From Oscillospiraceae bacterium (GTDB lineage: Bacteria; Bacillota; Clostridia; Oscillospirales; Ruminococcaceae): a stretch of DNA of 28,087 nt. Positions 18,279 through 28,087 of the stretch are shown here, in pieces; position 1 is the first letter of the stretch; the number at the start of each line of letters is the position of its first letter. Under the pieces are notes generated by a model. It did not search any database and had not been told where the DNA came from. It was given only the letters and a program-made list of their open reading frames with translations. The stretch lies in assembly GCA_020024175.1 (NCBI GenBank), contig JAHHUB010000001.1, forward strand, positions 1-28,087, given 5' to 3'. A program made the position numbers and the translations under genes.

Positions 18279-18995
18279 TTACATAATTGCAAGTTTAATA
18301 TCAATATTATTTAGTCTTAAACACAAATTATTTACAGATTTTTGCCACAATGACCTGTTTCCGGGGAAACAACCCTTTGAAAAGCTTTTTGAATATGGGA
18401 TAATGCCCATAAGTTGTACCCCGGTTTTGTCTATTATTTCATCAAAATTTTCTATTGCATTTTTTCCGTAGGTATGTACTCTGTTTAAAATTGTACGAAT
18501 TTCTCCGTTATTCAATTTTTTTATGAGTTCCACCATTCGTTCAGTATCTCTTACGGAAATTAAATCCGGAGTTAAAATCATCAAAAACATATCGGCATTT
18601 TTAAAAAAAGATGCCATTCTGTCATTAAGACCCAAACCCATATCTATTAATATAAAATCAAACTTGCTGTCTATGGATTGGTGAAATTTTTTCACCTGTT
18701 CCTCAGCGGGAGAAAAATCAATACTGTATGGTGCAGGAATATAACTTAAACGAGGATAATTTTCACTTTCCACCACTGCTCTGTCAAAATCAATTTTTTC
18801 ACTTATAATATCTTCCAAATTATAGATAACCTTATCCTGAAGTCCCAACATAATATCAATACAGCCAAATCCGCTGTCCGCTTCTTCTATCAGAACTTTT
18901 TTACCATTTTGGGAAAGAGTTTTTGCCACTGCTGTACAAATGGTGGATTTTCCTACTCCTCCTTTTCCTGAAACAAAAACAATTTTTTTAGCCAT
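18279..18995 (-). CDS. minD: MinD-like ATPase (septum site-determining protein MinD family), divergent
   Basis: Deviant Walker A SGKGGVGKST, FDFILID, TPD..SVRD; located after PBP2 in the mre operon. Confidence 0.75.
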   Translation of the reverse strand: MAKKIVFVSGKGGVGKSTICTAVAKTLSQNGKKVLIEEADSGFGCIDIMLGLQDKVIYNLEDIISEKIDFDRAVVESENYPRLSYIPAPYSIDFSPAEEQVKKFHQSIDSKFDFILIDMGLGLNDRMASFFKNADMFLMILTPDLISVRDTERMVELIKKLNNGEIRTILNRVHTYGKNAIENFDEIIDKTGVQLMGIIPYSKSFSKGCFPGNRSLWQKSVNNLCLRLNNIDIKLAIM

Positions 18996-19022
18996 AAAAC
19001 AGATTTCTCCATTCAGTTTTTA

Positions 19023-21110
19023 TTATTCCTCAGTTTTTTCCTCTGATTTATCGGAATTTTCTTTTTCCGATTCAGCTTCCGCTTGTTTTTTTGCTTCTTC
19101 CTCTCTTGCCTTTAATACTTCGGGAGGGATATGTTCACTGTATTTTTCAAAATATTTATTCATTATATCTCTGGCTACAGGTGCACCTGTATAACCATGC
19201 CAACCTTTTTCTATAACCACAGCCACAGCAATTTCGGGGTCTTCGGCAGGTGCATAGCAGATAAATGTTGAGTTTGGAAAACCTGCTGTTTGAGGTGTAC
19301 CTGTTTTAGATGCCACATCAACAAAGTAATTTCCGAAAGTAGCTATAGCTGTACCTGAACGGGATGCCATAACCATACCTTCTCTTATAGCTTCAAAAAC
19401 TTCGGCAGGTACATCGTCCATATTTGACATTACTTTAGGTTTGTTGTCAAAAACAACTTTATCCCTGTTATAGCTTTCTATGGATTTTACAATGTTTAAA
19501 TCCATTCGTTTTCCGTTGCCTGCAAGAGCCGAGGTATAACTTGCAAGCTGCAAAGGTGAAAATTCATTGTACATCTGTCCAATGGCAGACTGAAGTACAT
19601 CTCCTGGGTTCCATGGCACACCATGTTTTTTTGCAACTTCCGGATTTGATACCACACCCTTAAACTCATTTATCTCTATTCCTGTAGGTTCTCCCAGTCC
19701 AAGCCGATGAGCATATTCGTTAATTTTGTCTATGCCAAGCCTTCTTCCTGCATCATAAAAATAGATATTGCAGGAATATTTAAGAGCTTCTTTTACTGTT
19801 AATGGTCCATGGTGCCCAAGACAGGTAAATACTGTATTTGGGTAGTAATCATAAACATGGTAACAGCCAATTTTACTGTCAGGTGTTTCTAATTTTTCAT
19901 TTAATGCTGCCAAGCCTACTACAGGTTTAAATACCGAACCCGGGGAATATCTTCCCATAGTGGCTCTGTTCCAAAGTGGCTTTAAAGGATCAGCCAAAAG
20001 CTCATTATATTGCTGACCGTATTTTGCCTGATCATAAGTAGGGTAAGTTACCAATGCAATAATTTCCCCTGTTTTAATGTCAATAGCCGCAACAGCTCCT
20101 GAATCTGCTTCTTTTCCTTTTCCTTCAGGGGCAGTTTCATTAAGATGTTCAATCTGTTTTTTAAGCGAGTCAATAGCAACACGCTGTATATCCTTATCTA
20201 TTGTTAAAACCACTGTATTTCCGGGAATAGTTTCTTCTTCATCTACTGAATCCACTACATCTCCTTCAGAATTAAAATAAATTTTTTTCATGCCGTCTTT
20301 TCCCCGGAGATAATCTTCATAAATCATCTCTATGCCATCTTTTCCGATATAATCGGAGGGTTGATAACCCTTTTCCAAAAGTCCTTCCATTTCCTCAGCA
20401 TAAATTGGTCCTATCCTGCCTATTACATGGGGAATTAAATCACCGTCCATATATTCTCTCATAGCCACTTCCGTTATGCTGACTCCATTCATTTCATAGC
20501 CCCATTCACGGATTAAAGTGGCTGTTTTTAAACTTATATCATAAGCAAAAGTGTAATTTGTAGAATAGTTAAATCCCTGCTGTTGCATTGCATATTTAAC
20601 ACCGGCTAATTTTCTGAAATCGCTGTCATTGTAATCTTTCAGTTTATACATATCTTTAAGCCAATATACCACATCATCTGCAGTGGCATATTGCCCAATA
20701 TTAAGATGTTTTTTTAGTTTCTCCACATCTTTTTCCCTGTTTGGCAAAAAAGCAAAAGGTGCCCTGTGAGTAAGAGGAAGATTATCCGCCCATTTTTCAT
20801 TTGTACTTTCAAGCACTTTGCAGACTTTTAATATGGTATCATTTTCCTCTTTTTTTGACATATAAACTCTGTCAAAAATAATATTATATCCCACTCGGTT
20901 ATAGGTAAAAGGCCGTCCTTCTCTGTCCACTATTTCACCACGGGCAGCTTTCATTCTTTGTGAAACGCTGGTACCTTTATTTAATTTTTCCACATATTCT
21001 TTGCCATTTACTACTTGAATTTCCATAAGCCGCAAAGAATAAAAACAAACGCAGGCTAAAAATATAAATACTATAACCAGCACTCTGTTTTTGACAATAT
21101 TTTTCTTCAT
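19023..21110 (-). CDS. mrdA: Class B penicillin-binding protein 2 (transpeptidase)
   Basis: N-terminal TM, RGEIVDR, GKDGIE, PGSVFK (SxxK), SCN (SxN), KTGT; follows mreBCD. Confidence 0.9.
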   Translation of the reverse strand: MKKNIVKNRVLVIVFIFLACVCFYSLRLMEIQVVNGKEYVEKLNKGTSVSQRMKAARGEIVDREGRPFTYNRVGYNIIFDRVYMSKKEENDTILKVCKVLESTNEKWADNLPLTHRAPFAFLPNREKDVEKLKKHLNIGQYATADDVVYWLKDMYKLKDYNDSDFRKLAGVKYAMQQQGFNYSTNYTFAYDISLKTATLIREWGYEMNGVSITEVAMREYMDGDLIPHVIGRIGPIYAEEMEGLLEKGYQPSDYIGKDGIEMIYEDYLRGKDGMKKIYFNSEGDVVDSVDEEETIPGNTVVLTIDKDIQRVAIDSLKKQIEHLNETAPEGKGKEADSGAVAAIDIKTGEIIALVTYPTYDQAKYGQQYNELLADPLKPLWNRATMGRYSPGSVFKPVVGLAALNEKLETPDSKIGCYHVYDYYPNTVFTCLGHHGPLTVKEALKYSCNIYFYDAGRRLGIDKINEYAHRLGLGEPTGIEINEFKGVVSNPEVAKKHGVPWNPGDVLQSAIGQMYNEFSPLQLASYTSALAGNGKRMDLNIVKSIESYNRDKVVFDNKPKVMSNMDDVPAEVFEAIREGMVMASRSGTAIATFGNYFVDVASKTGTPQTAGFPNSTFICYAPAEDPEIAVAVVIEKGWHGYTGAPVARDIMNKYFEKYSEHIPPEVLKAREEEAKKQAEAESEKENSDKSEEKTEE

Positions 21111-21118
21111 TATATCTC

Positions 21119-21646
21119 CTAATCTAAATTGTATTTACAGGTAAAATAAGTGTGTATTTTACCTATAATCAAAAAAATAGGTATTACAAACAAAAGTGAA
21201 TATAAAATAGTGGGGATTATATGTCTGTATAAAATAATTTCGGATTTTTCATATTTCCAAATTGCATATACAAAATAATACTCCAAAAATCCCCTTAAAC
21301 TTAACACTGCTGCTGAAAAAGTAAACGCATTCAGTTTATTATTTTTCATAAAATAAATGACTGCCAGACCTATTGCTGTACAGCATATCAAAAGCAGCAT
21401 AGCATTAAAACCATGTATTGGGTAGGAAGAATAGTCGCAAAGCATACCTATTATCATACCTACTATTCCACCGGCAAATTCACCTTCATACATTGCTGTA
21501 ACTACAGCTGCAACATAAATTGCATTGGGTTTTACACCCCAGATTTCCAAAAAATGCGGAGTATTCTGCAATATAAATATAATAAAAATAATTGAAAAGT
21601 AACTTATAAATTTAAAGGTAATACCCTTTTTTTTATTATTTTCCAA
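21119..21646 (-). CDS. mreD: Rod shape-determining protein MreD
   Basis: Hydrophobic 175 aa with GVKPN, EG...GG.VG..GMLCD; lies between mreC and PBP2. TTG start. Confidence 0.88.
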   Translation of the reverse strand: MENNKKKGITFKFISYFSIIFIIFILQNTPHFLEIWGVKPNAIYVAAVVTAMYEGEFAGGIVGMIIGMLCDYSSYPIHGFNAMLLLICCTAIGLAVIYFMKNNKLNAFTFSAAVLSLRGFLEYYFVYAIWKYEKSEIILYRHIIPTILYSLLFVIPIFLIIGKIHTYFTCKYNLD

Positions 21647-21675
21647 TTTCTCCGCCCCCTTTTGTTTTATTTTTA

Positions 21676-21711
21676 ATAAAAGCCACTTTTATTTTTAAAA
21701 GCAGCTTTTAT
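21676..21711 (-). other. Intra-operonic RNA stem-loop between mreC and mreD
   Basis: Minus strand ATAAAAGCTGCTTTTA-AAAA-TAAAAGTGGCTTTTAT, 16 bp with two G-U pairs that form only on the coding strand. Confidence 0.6.
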
Positions 21712-21726
21712 AATATTACCAGTTAT

Positions 21727-22620
21727 TTATCTTTGATTTGTTTTTTCAGTGTTTTCTTTTTCATCTGTTATGTCCTTACCTTTGTTTTCTCCCAGAAAAC
21801 TTTTTATAACAAGAACATCTTTTACATTTTTTATATCAGAGGCAGGTTTTATCACAGCATACTTTGAAAGTCCATGTGTTTCATCTCTGATTTCGATAAT
21901 TTCTCCCACAATTATATCTTTAGGATAATTGCCTCCATATCCCGATGTCAATACAATATCGCCTTTTTTAGCCCCCACATCTTTTGGAAGCAAAGTCATA
22001 AGCGTATTTCCTTTTTCAGCCTCACTTATTCTTCCGGTAACTATACCTACATCTCGGGTGGTGCTTATATATGTTCCCACATCCAGGGATGCATCTAAAA
22101 CTGTTATAACTTTTGAATAGCTCATACCTACTTCATTTACCACACCAACCAAACCTTTGGAGGTGATGACTGTATCCCGCAGTTCTATTCCGTTAAGTGA
22201 GCCTTTATCTATGGTAAATGAACAAAACTTACTGTTGGCATCTCGTCCTATTACTGTAGCAGTTTCAAATTCAAATTCGGGATTTTGTTCTTTTATTTCC
22301 AAAAATTCCTTGAGATTTTCATTTTCTCTTTTAAACTTATCATAATCCACCAGTTTTTTGTTCATTTCTTCAATTTTTGCTTTTAACTCCTCATTTTCCT
22401 TGGAAATGTTGGAGGCATTCAGAAAAACATTTAAGAATGAATGAACTCCTTCGGAAACAGAAGATGAAATCCGCTGAAAAGGCACCAATATTATTCCCAT
22501 TACATTATCGGAAAAAGATGCCAATCCTCCGGTATATGCTCCTCTTAAAGCAAAAGCAAATATAACCACTAAAAAAGCAAGAAGAATTTTGAATTTTTTG
22601 CTTTTAAAAAAATCCTCCAT
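21727..22620 (-). CDS. mreC: Rod shape-determining protein MreC
   Basis: N-terminal TM, coiled coil (ENEELK...ENENLK), IDKGS..GI, GLVG, GD.VLTSG.GG.YP. Confidence 0.95.
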   Translation of the reverse strand: MEDFFKSKKFKILLAFLVVIFAFALRGAYTGGLASFSDNVMGIILVPFQRISSSVSEGVHSFLNVFLNASNISKENEELKAKIEEMNKKLVDYDKFKRENENLKEFLEIKEQNPEFEFETATVIGRDANSKFCSFTIDKGSLNGIELRDTVITSKGLVGVVNEVGMSYSKVITVLDASLDVGTYISTTRDVGIVTGRISEAEKGNTLMTLLPKDVGAKKGDIVLTSGYGGNYPKDIIVGEIIEIRDETHGLSKYAVIKPASDIKNVKDVLVIKSFLGENKGKDITDEKENTEKTNQR

Positions 22621-22654
22621 ATAAAATTCCTCCTGCTTTCTTTTTTTATTTTAA

Positions 22655-23686
22655 TTAATAATTTTTAGTGTCTTCATCATCTTCCATAAGTACTTCATGA
22701 AGCTTATCCAAATCTTCCAAAACCTTACCTGTACCTATAGCAACACAATCCAGCGGATTTTCTGCAATATGAACTTCCATGCCTGTTTCTCTTGAAATAA
22801 GTTCATCCAGTCCTTTGAGCAAAGCTCCGCCTCCGGTAAGTGTAATGCCATGGTCAATAATATCAGCGGAAAGTTCCGGCGGAGTTTTTTCCAAAGTTGT
22901 TCTTACTGCATCTAAAACAGAGGACAGAGGGTCTACCAATGCTTCTCTTATTTCATAGGGATAAATCTGAATATTCTTAGGAAGACCGTCCACAAGGTTT
23001 CTTCCTTTAATGTCCATAGGTTCTTCCCCTTCGTATTCTACAGCAGAACCTATATTTACTTTGATTTCTTCGGCAGTTCTTTCACCAATAAGAAGATTGT
23101 ATTTTTTCTTTACATATTGAATTATGGAAGAATCAAATTCATCTCCGCCTACTCTTACAGATTTAGCAGCAACAATACCTCCCAAAGAAATAACAGCAAC
23201 TTCACTTGTACCGCCTCCGATGTCGATAACCATGCTTCCCATAGCCTCAGCAACTGGCATTCCTGCACCTATGGCAGCAGCCATAGGTTCTTCAATAATT
23301 GAAACATGTTTAGCACCTGCTTTAAAAGCAGCACTTCTTACTGCACGTCTTTCAACGGCTGTAATTCCGGATGGTATGCAGATAACCACTCTTGGTCTTG
23401 CAAAAATAGAATTGTTAAACGCTTTCTTTATAAAAATCTGAAGCATATTTGCAGTGATGTCAAAGTCAGCAATAACTCCGTCTTTAAGAGGTCTTACTGC
23501 AACAATGGAACCCGGTGTTCTTCCTATTACTTTTTTAGCTTCATTACCTACATATCTTACTGTATCTGTTTTTTTATCTACAGCAACAACGGAAGGTTCA
23601 CGCATAATAATGCCTTTTCCCTTCATAAATACCAAAGTATTCGCTGTGCCCAAGTCCACTCCTATATCTTTATTAAATGAAAACAT
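22655..23686 (-). CDS. mreB: Rod shape-determining protein MreB
   Basis: [48 protein letters not shown]. Confidence 0.97.
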   Translation of the reverse strand: MFSFNKDIGVDLGTANTLVFMKGKGIIMREPSVVAVDKKTDTVRYVGNEAKKVIGRTPGSIVAVRPLKDGVIADFDITANMLQIFIKKAFNNSIFARPRVVICIPSGITAVERRAVRSAAFKAGAKHVSIIEEPMAAAIGAGMPVAEAMGSMVIDIGGGTSEVAVISLGGIVAAKSVRVGGDEFDSSIIQYVKKKYNLLIGERTAEEIKVNIGSAVEYEGEEPMDIKGRNLVDGLPKNIQIYPYEIREALVDPLSSVLDAVRTTLEKTPPELSADIIDHGITLTGGGALLKGLDELISRETGMEVHIAENPLDCVAIGTGKVLEDLDKLHEVLMEDDEDTKNY

Positions 23687-23719
23687 AAATTCTTTTATCT
23701 CCTTTCGTCAATAATTCAT

Positions 23720-23748
23720 ATTATAACTCTAATCGTCCATAAACTCAA
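23720..23748 (-). promoter_or_regulatory. SigA-type promoter for the mreB operon
   Basis: TTGAGT (23743-23748) - 17 nt - TATAAT (23720-23725); SD AAGGAG downstream. Confidence 0.7.
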
Positions 23749-23836
23749 CATAAATTTAAGAATTTATTATGAAAAGTTTAAGGAATATTTGTAATAAATC
23801 CTCATATAATCTTACTTTATTTTACATTTTTAGTCT

Positions 23837-24409
23837 TTAGAGAATTTCCGGGCAAATTTTTTTAATCAGAGAATAAAGTTTATTGACAGGCAACCCCATA
23901 ACAGAGTAATAATCACCTTTTATTCCCTCTATAAATCTTCCTCCCAAGCCCTGTATTCCGTATGCCCCTGCTTTGTCCATAGGGTCATTTGTATTTATAT
24001 ACCAATTAATTTCATCTGATGAAAGAGCACTGAATTTTACTGTAGTTTCTTCGCTGAGAGAAAGACTTTTTCCGTCTTTTACAATACAAAGTCCCGTTAT
24101 AACTTTATGTTCTCTGCCTGAGAGAAGATTCAACATTCTTTCAGCGTCTGCTTTGTCTTTTGGTTTACCTAAAATTTCATTTCCCGCTATAACAACAGTA
24201 TCACAGCCTATTACAAAGCTGTTCTTATTCTTTTTTGCCACATCAAGAGCTTTTTGTACAGCAAAAAATTCTGCCACTGCCTCATTTTCCATACCCTGAG
24301 GAATTTTTTCCTCATAGGTGGAAGGTATTATGTCAAAATCATCAATAAGATTTTTTAGTAGTTCTTTTCTGCGGGGAGATGCTGATGCAAGTATAACTTT
24401 CAAATTCAT
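23837..24409 (-). CDS. maf: Maf family nucleoside triphosphate pyrophosphatase (YhdE type)
   Basis: ILASASPRR, DTVV, ILGKP, LSGREH, DKAGAYGIQG, VMGLP. Confidence 0.95.
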   Translation of the reverse strand: MNLKVILASASPRRKELLKNLIDDFDIIPSTYEEKIPQGMENEAVAEFFAVQKALDVAKKNKNSFVIGCDTVVIAGNEILGKPKDKADAERMLNLLSGREHKVITGLCIVKDGKSLSLSEETTVKFSALSSDEINWYINTNDPMDKAGAYGIQGLGGRFIEGIKGDYYSVMGLPVNKLYSLIKKICPEIL

Positions 24410-24421
24410 TCCGCCTTTCTT

Positions 24422-24853
24422 CTACTTTCCTGTGGAGCCAAAACCACCTGTACCTCTTTCACTGTCATCCAGTTCATTACAAACTTCCACTTTGGGAAAA
24501 AGTGCATTTACTATAACAATCTGAGCAATTCTGTCGCCAGGGGTTACTGTATAGCTTTCGTTGTAATTGTTTATCAGTGAAATGATAATTTCCCCCCGGT
24601 AATCGCTGTCAATAACGCCTACACAGTTGGCAGGTACAATTCCGTGTTTGGTTCCCAAACTGCTTCTGGCAAAAACAAGTCCCACTGTACCTTCTTCCAG
24701 TTGTATGGCTATTCCTGTGTGAAACTTTACTATTTCACCCGGTTTTATCTCAATAGGACTTAAAATATCGGCATACAAATCCATTCCGGCACTTTGAGCT
24801 GTTCCTCTTGTGGGAATTATGGCAGTATCAGTAAGTTTTTTTATCTTAATCAT
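24422..24853 (-). CDS. dut: dUTP diphosphatase (trimeric dUTPase)
   Basis: AGMDL, RSSL, GVIDSDYRGEI, GDRIAQ, RGTGGFGSTG. Confidence 0.97.
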   Translation of the reverse strand: MIKIKKLTDTAIIPTRGTAQSAGMDLYADILSPIEIKPGEIVKFHTGIAIQLEEGTVGLVFARSSLGTKHGIVPANCVGVIDSDYRGEIIISLINNYNESYTVTPGDRIAQIVIVNALFPKVEVCNELDDSERGTGGFGSTGK

Positions 24854-24862
24854 GGCTAACCT

Positions 24863-26920
24863 CTATAATACATTTCTGTAATAAAGTCCACGGGTCATAT
24901 TTTCACCATAAGGAACTTTATTTTTATAATCTGTTATAATTTCATCACATTCCTTACTGTTTTCTTTTGTAAAATACAAAGTGATAAAGTCAAGACCACC
25001 CAGCTCTTTCATTCTGTCCGCCAGATAAAGGGGAACGCTGTTAAATATACGGCTTTGTCCTCCATCACAGTTTACAAAAAACTCTGTGCCTTTTCTGTCT
25101 TTAATTTTAGTATAGCCATTACAGTTATCACATCCGATAGCTGCTTCAACAGGGCAATTTCTAACGGTCATCAGCGGCAGGTAGCCGTAACCTACTATAC
25201 CTGTTTTTATCGGTCGGATTATATCTTTAATTTTACTTAAATTAAGTTCAAAGGAAGTTTCCGCAGAACAAAGTCCCATATCGGCATATTTTTTCATGGC
25301 ACGGGAATTAAATATATTCAAATTAAATCCTCCATGAATATTTTTTATACCCATATCTTCAGCAGCCTTAATTCCCCAAAGGTTTCCACAATATATATTT
25401 TCCATTCCCTGTTCTTTGAGGATTTTTATAAGTTTTATTTCATATTCGGGGGCAAAGTTTATGGTTTCGGTTTCCCCGCAAATTTTATCGGTAATTACTC
25501 CGCCTTTTCTCACCCATGCGTTTAACTGAGAAAGCGGCATTATAATCATTTCACATTCTTTCAGCATTTTGTCGGTGAGCTGTGTATATTTTGAAATTCT
25601 GACTCTCAATTTCGGCATAATACTCATATCAGCGGGAATTTTGGGCAGAGGAGGAACTCTGTTTGTCTTTACAGGCTTTACAGAGGATCTTTGAATCCTT
25701 ATTTCCTCCAAAGCATCACGCCTTAATAAGTTTAATTCCGAAACAGGCACAATAAGTCCCTCATCACAGTCAAAATCAAATTCTTTGAGATAATATGGTG
25801 TGCCTCCTGTTTTGGAAAGACTTTGCTCGGCTTTTTCCTTTGTGGTAGGTTTATTCACAGCTATTTGAGGAATTTCCCCTGTTTTTTCAGAAAAATGTCC
25901 ATCTAAATCAGAACAAAAAAGTTTTACTGGTTGTCCCTCTTTTATGGTTAGTTTCATATTAACAGGTACAAGAGGGGTTTCCTTTGCATAATCTTTTTCT
26001 ATATCTTTTAATACAGATGTCATGGCAAGTACATCATCTTTTTGTCTTGTACCAAACATAGCATAATTTACATTGGATTTATAATATCCATCAGTAAAAC
26101 CGCTTCTGGAAAATACACTTCTTAAAAGTCCCATATCGGTTTTTTCTTCGGCAACAGCTTTTTTAACCTGTGAAACAGCAGCGGAAACATATTCGGGGCG
26201 TTTCATTCTGCCTTCGATTTTAACAGATGCCACACCGATTTCAGCCAGTTCATTTACATCTTCCACCAGGGACAAATCTTTAAGGGAAAGTCCGTATTCA
26301 TTTCCTTTTTCCACTCTGAAAGGCAGACGGCATGGCTGAGCACAAAGTCCACGATTTCCACTGCGTTCCCCTATCATGGAACTCATATAGCACTGACCGG
26401 AAACACTCATGCAAAGAGCACCATGAATAAACACTTCTATTTCTGCATTTACATTTTGGGCAATATGTTTAATTTCTTCTTTGGAAAGTTCTCTTGCCAG
26501 AACAATTCGGGAAAAACCCAGTTCTTCAACTTTTTTTGCACCTTCCAAATTATGCACTGCCATTTGTGTGGAGGCATGAAGAGGCATTTGTGGTGCAATT
26601 TTTCGGGCAATTTCAAAAACCCCCAAATCCTGTATAATAAGTGCATCAGCTCCACACTCAACAGCAGTTTTAACAGCCTCCTCCACTTCCTCAGATTCAT
26701 CATCATACATGAGAGTATTTAAGGTTTGGTGAACTTTTACTCCTCTTTCATGACAGTATTCCACTGCATTTTTTAATTCTTCATTGTCAAAGTTTGCAGC
26801 ATTTCTTCGGGCATTTAATGCTTTTGAACCTAAATAAACCGCATTTGCTCCTGATCTTACCGCTGCCACCATAGCATCATAAGAGCCGGCGGGTGCTAAA
26901 ATTTCAATATTATTCTTCAC
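24863..26920 (-). CDS. Peptidase U32 family protein, long form with probable DUF3656 (RlhA-like RNA hydroxylation protein)
   Basis: EILAPAG, GANAVYLG, HASTQ, LARELS, HGALC...SGQC...NRG.CAQPCR, KIEGRMK, TRGLYYR. GTG start overlaps the zapA stop. Confidence 0.9.
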   Translation of the reverse strand: MKNNIEILAPAGSYDAMVAAVRSGANAVYLGSKALNARRNAANFDNEELKNAVEYCHERGVKVHQTLNTLMYDDESEEVEEAVKTAVECGADALIIQDLGVFEIARKIAPQMPLHASTQMAVHNLEGAKKVEELGFSRIVLARELSKEEIKHIAQNVNAEIEVFIHGALCMSVSGQCYMSSMIGERSGNRGLCAQPCRLPFRVEKGNEYGLSLKDLSLVEDVNELAEIGVASVKIEGRMKRPEYVSAAVSQVKKAVAEEKTDMGLLRSVFSRSGFTDGYYKSNVNYAMFGTRQKDDVLAMTSVLKDIEKDYAKETPLVPVNMKLTIKEGQPVKLFCSDLDGHFSEKTGEIPQIAVNKPTTKEKAEQSLSKTGGTPYYLKEFDFDCDEGLIVPVSELNLLRRDALEEIRIQRSSVKPVKTNRVPPLPKIPADMSIMPKLRVRISKYTQLTDKMLKECEMIIMPLSQLNAWVRKGGVITDKICGETETINFAPEYEIKLIKILKEQGMENIYCGNLWGIKAAEDMGIKNIHGGFNLNIFNSRAMKKYADMGLCSAETSFELNLSKIKDIIRPIKTGIVGYGYLPLMTVRNCPVEAAIGCDNCNGYTKIKDRKGTEFFVNCDGGQSRIFNSVPLYLADRMKELGGLDFITLYFTKENSKECDEIITDYKNKVPYGENMTRGLYYRNVL

Positions 26921-27251
26921 TTTTCTTACCCATTTCCAACTGACGCTTTACTTTTTCCAGTTCACGTTTAGTTTCATCAAGTTCAATTCTCGCTTTTGCT
27001 GCATCTTCTAAATATTCGGTAATCTGACTTCTCATTCTGTCAGCACTATCCTCACTTTTTTTATAACCATCCATATAATTTATACAGCAAAGTGCAAGAC
27101 ATTCATTGAGAGAAAGTCTGTCATTCTGTGCCATCAGACTTCCTATTTGCTTATCGAGTTTCTCTCCCAATTTTAATACATATTCCTCATCTTCAGGTGT
27201 TGCAATTATAAGCTTGCAGCCCTGAATTTCCAATTTAACTCTGTTTATCAT
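26910..27251 (-). CDS. zapA: Cell division protein ZapA
   Basis: NRVKLEIQG, EEYV..LG..LD, L.CIN..D followed by a coiled coil. Confidence 0.85.
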   Translation of the reverse strand: MINRVKLEIQGCKLIIATPEDEEYVLKLGEKLDKQIGSLMAQNDRLSLNECLALCCINYMDGYKKSEDSADRMRSQITEYLEDAAKARIELDETKRELEKVKRQLEMGKKSEE

Positions 27252-27491
27252 TGTATATTCCCATTCCTTTCAATATTTTATTGTATATATAGTTATTATA
27301 ATTCATTTTTCAAAATATTAAAAGTCCTATTTGTAACTTTTGCTATTTTTTTATAATAATTTTATATGTATAATTTTATATCATTGTTTTTATTTTTGTG
27401 AAAAATTTGCAACTTGTTCTTTTATTTTTTTTATTTTATGATAAAATAAAATTGCAAACCAAAAATAATAAATACATAAGGAGTGTTGAAA

Positions 27492-28087
27492 ATGTATTGT
27501 GTAAATAATATTAAAAACGATATTTACTGGGTAGGTGGAAATGATCGCCGTATTTCTCTCTTTGAAAATGTTTATCCTCTTCCTCATGGTGTTTCCTATA
27601 ACTCTTATTTGATAACAGATGAAAAAACAATTCTTCTTGATACTGTTGATAAAGCTATATCCTATTTGTTTCTTGAAAATGTAAAGCATGTTTTAAACGG
27701 CAGAAGTCTTGACTATGTTGTGGTAAACCATATGGAACCGGATCACTGTGCTGTTTTGGAAGATATTGTAAACCTTTACCCCGATGTAAAAATTGTCTGC
27801 AATGCAAAGGCTTTGGGTATGATTAAACAATTCTTTGATTTTGATGCTGACAGCCATGCTCAGATTATAAACGAAGGGGACAGCCTTTCCACCGGTAAAC
27901 ACAACTTTACTTTCTACATGGCTCCTATGGTTCACTGGCCCGAAACTATGGTAACATATGACAGCACAGATAAGGTTTTATTCTCCGCTGACGCATTCGG
28001 CACTTTCGGAGCATTAAACGGAAATATCTTTGCCGATGAAGTGAATTTTGAAAGAGACTGGTTAGACGAAGCTCGCAGATATTACAC
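27492..28087 (+). CDS. fprA: FprA family A-type flavoprotein (flavodiiron protein), 5' part; runs off the window
   Basis: Not in the ORF track. SD AAGGAG + ATG 27492: MYCVNNIKNDIYWVGGNDRRISLFENVYPLPHGVSYNSYLI...DTVD...NHMEPDH...PMVHWPE...LFSADAFG. Confidence 0.93.
   Translation, partial: MYCVNNIKNDIYWVGGNDRRISLFENVYPLPHGVSYNSYLITDEKTILLDTVDKAISYLFLENVKHVLNGRSLDYVVVNHMEPDHCAVLEDIVNLYPDVKIVCNAKALGMIKQFFDFDADSHAQIINEGDSLSTGKHNFTFYMAPMVHWPETMVTYDSTDKVLFSADAFGTFGALNGNIFADEVNFERDWLDEARRYY

Noticed and set aside
27390..27935. Two minus-strand ORFs at the right end
   Set aside because: Antisense to the clear fprA coding frame on the plus strand.

Overview
Low-GC clostridial chromosomal window, most consistent with Oscillospiraceae/Ruminococcaceae by gene content and order (inference). 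It is mostly housekeeping. A long minus-strand run reads zapA - U32 family - dut - maf - mreB - mreC - mreD - PBP2 - minD-like - mgsA - T-box - hisS - aspS - sirC-like - mnmM-like methyltransferase - NitT/TauT ABC transporter. Next come a TPP riboswitch-controlled thiT, an amidohydrolase, a CIRCE-controlled groES-groEL operon (plus strand), and rlmB followed by a 931-aa membrane protein and a BspA-type LRR protein. A partial flavodiiron (fprA) gene missing from the ORF track runs off the right edge. No mobile element, CRISPR array, rRNA or tRNA is seen. Most notable: (1) the protein after rlmB aligns motif-by-motif to P1B-type ATPases but lacks the actuator domain, CPC, DKTGT and GDGxND motifs and carries a ~370-aa disordered N-terminus (candidate pseudo-ATPase); (2) an unannotated, internally deleted vanW-like remnant after groEL; (3) a premature TAA at codon 9 of the ABC permease; (4) a hisS-aspS T-box with overlapping Asp/His codons (GACAC) in the specifier region, and a His/Asp/Cys-rich tail on HisRS. 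All family assignments come from recalled motifs, not database searches.
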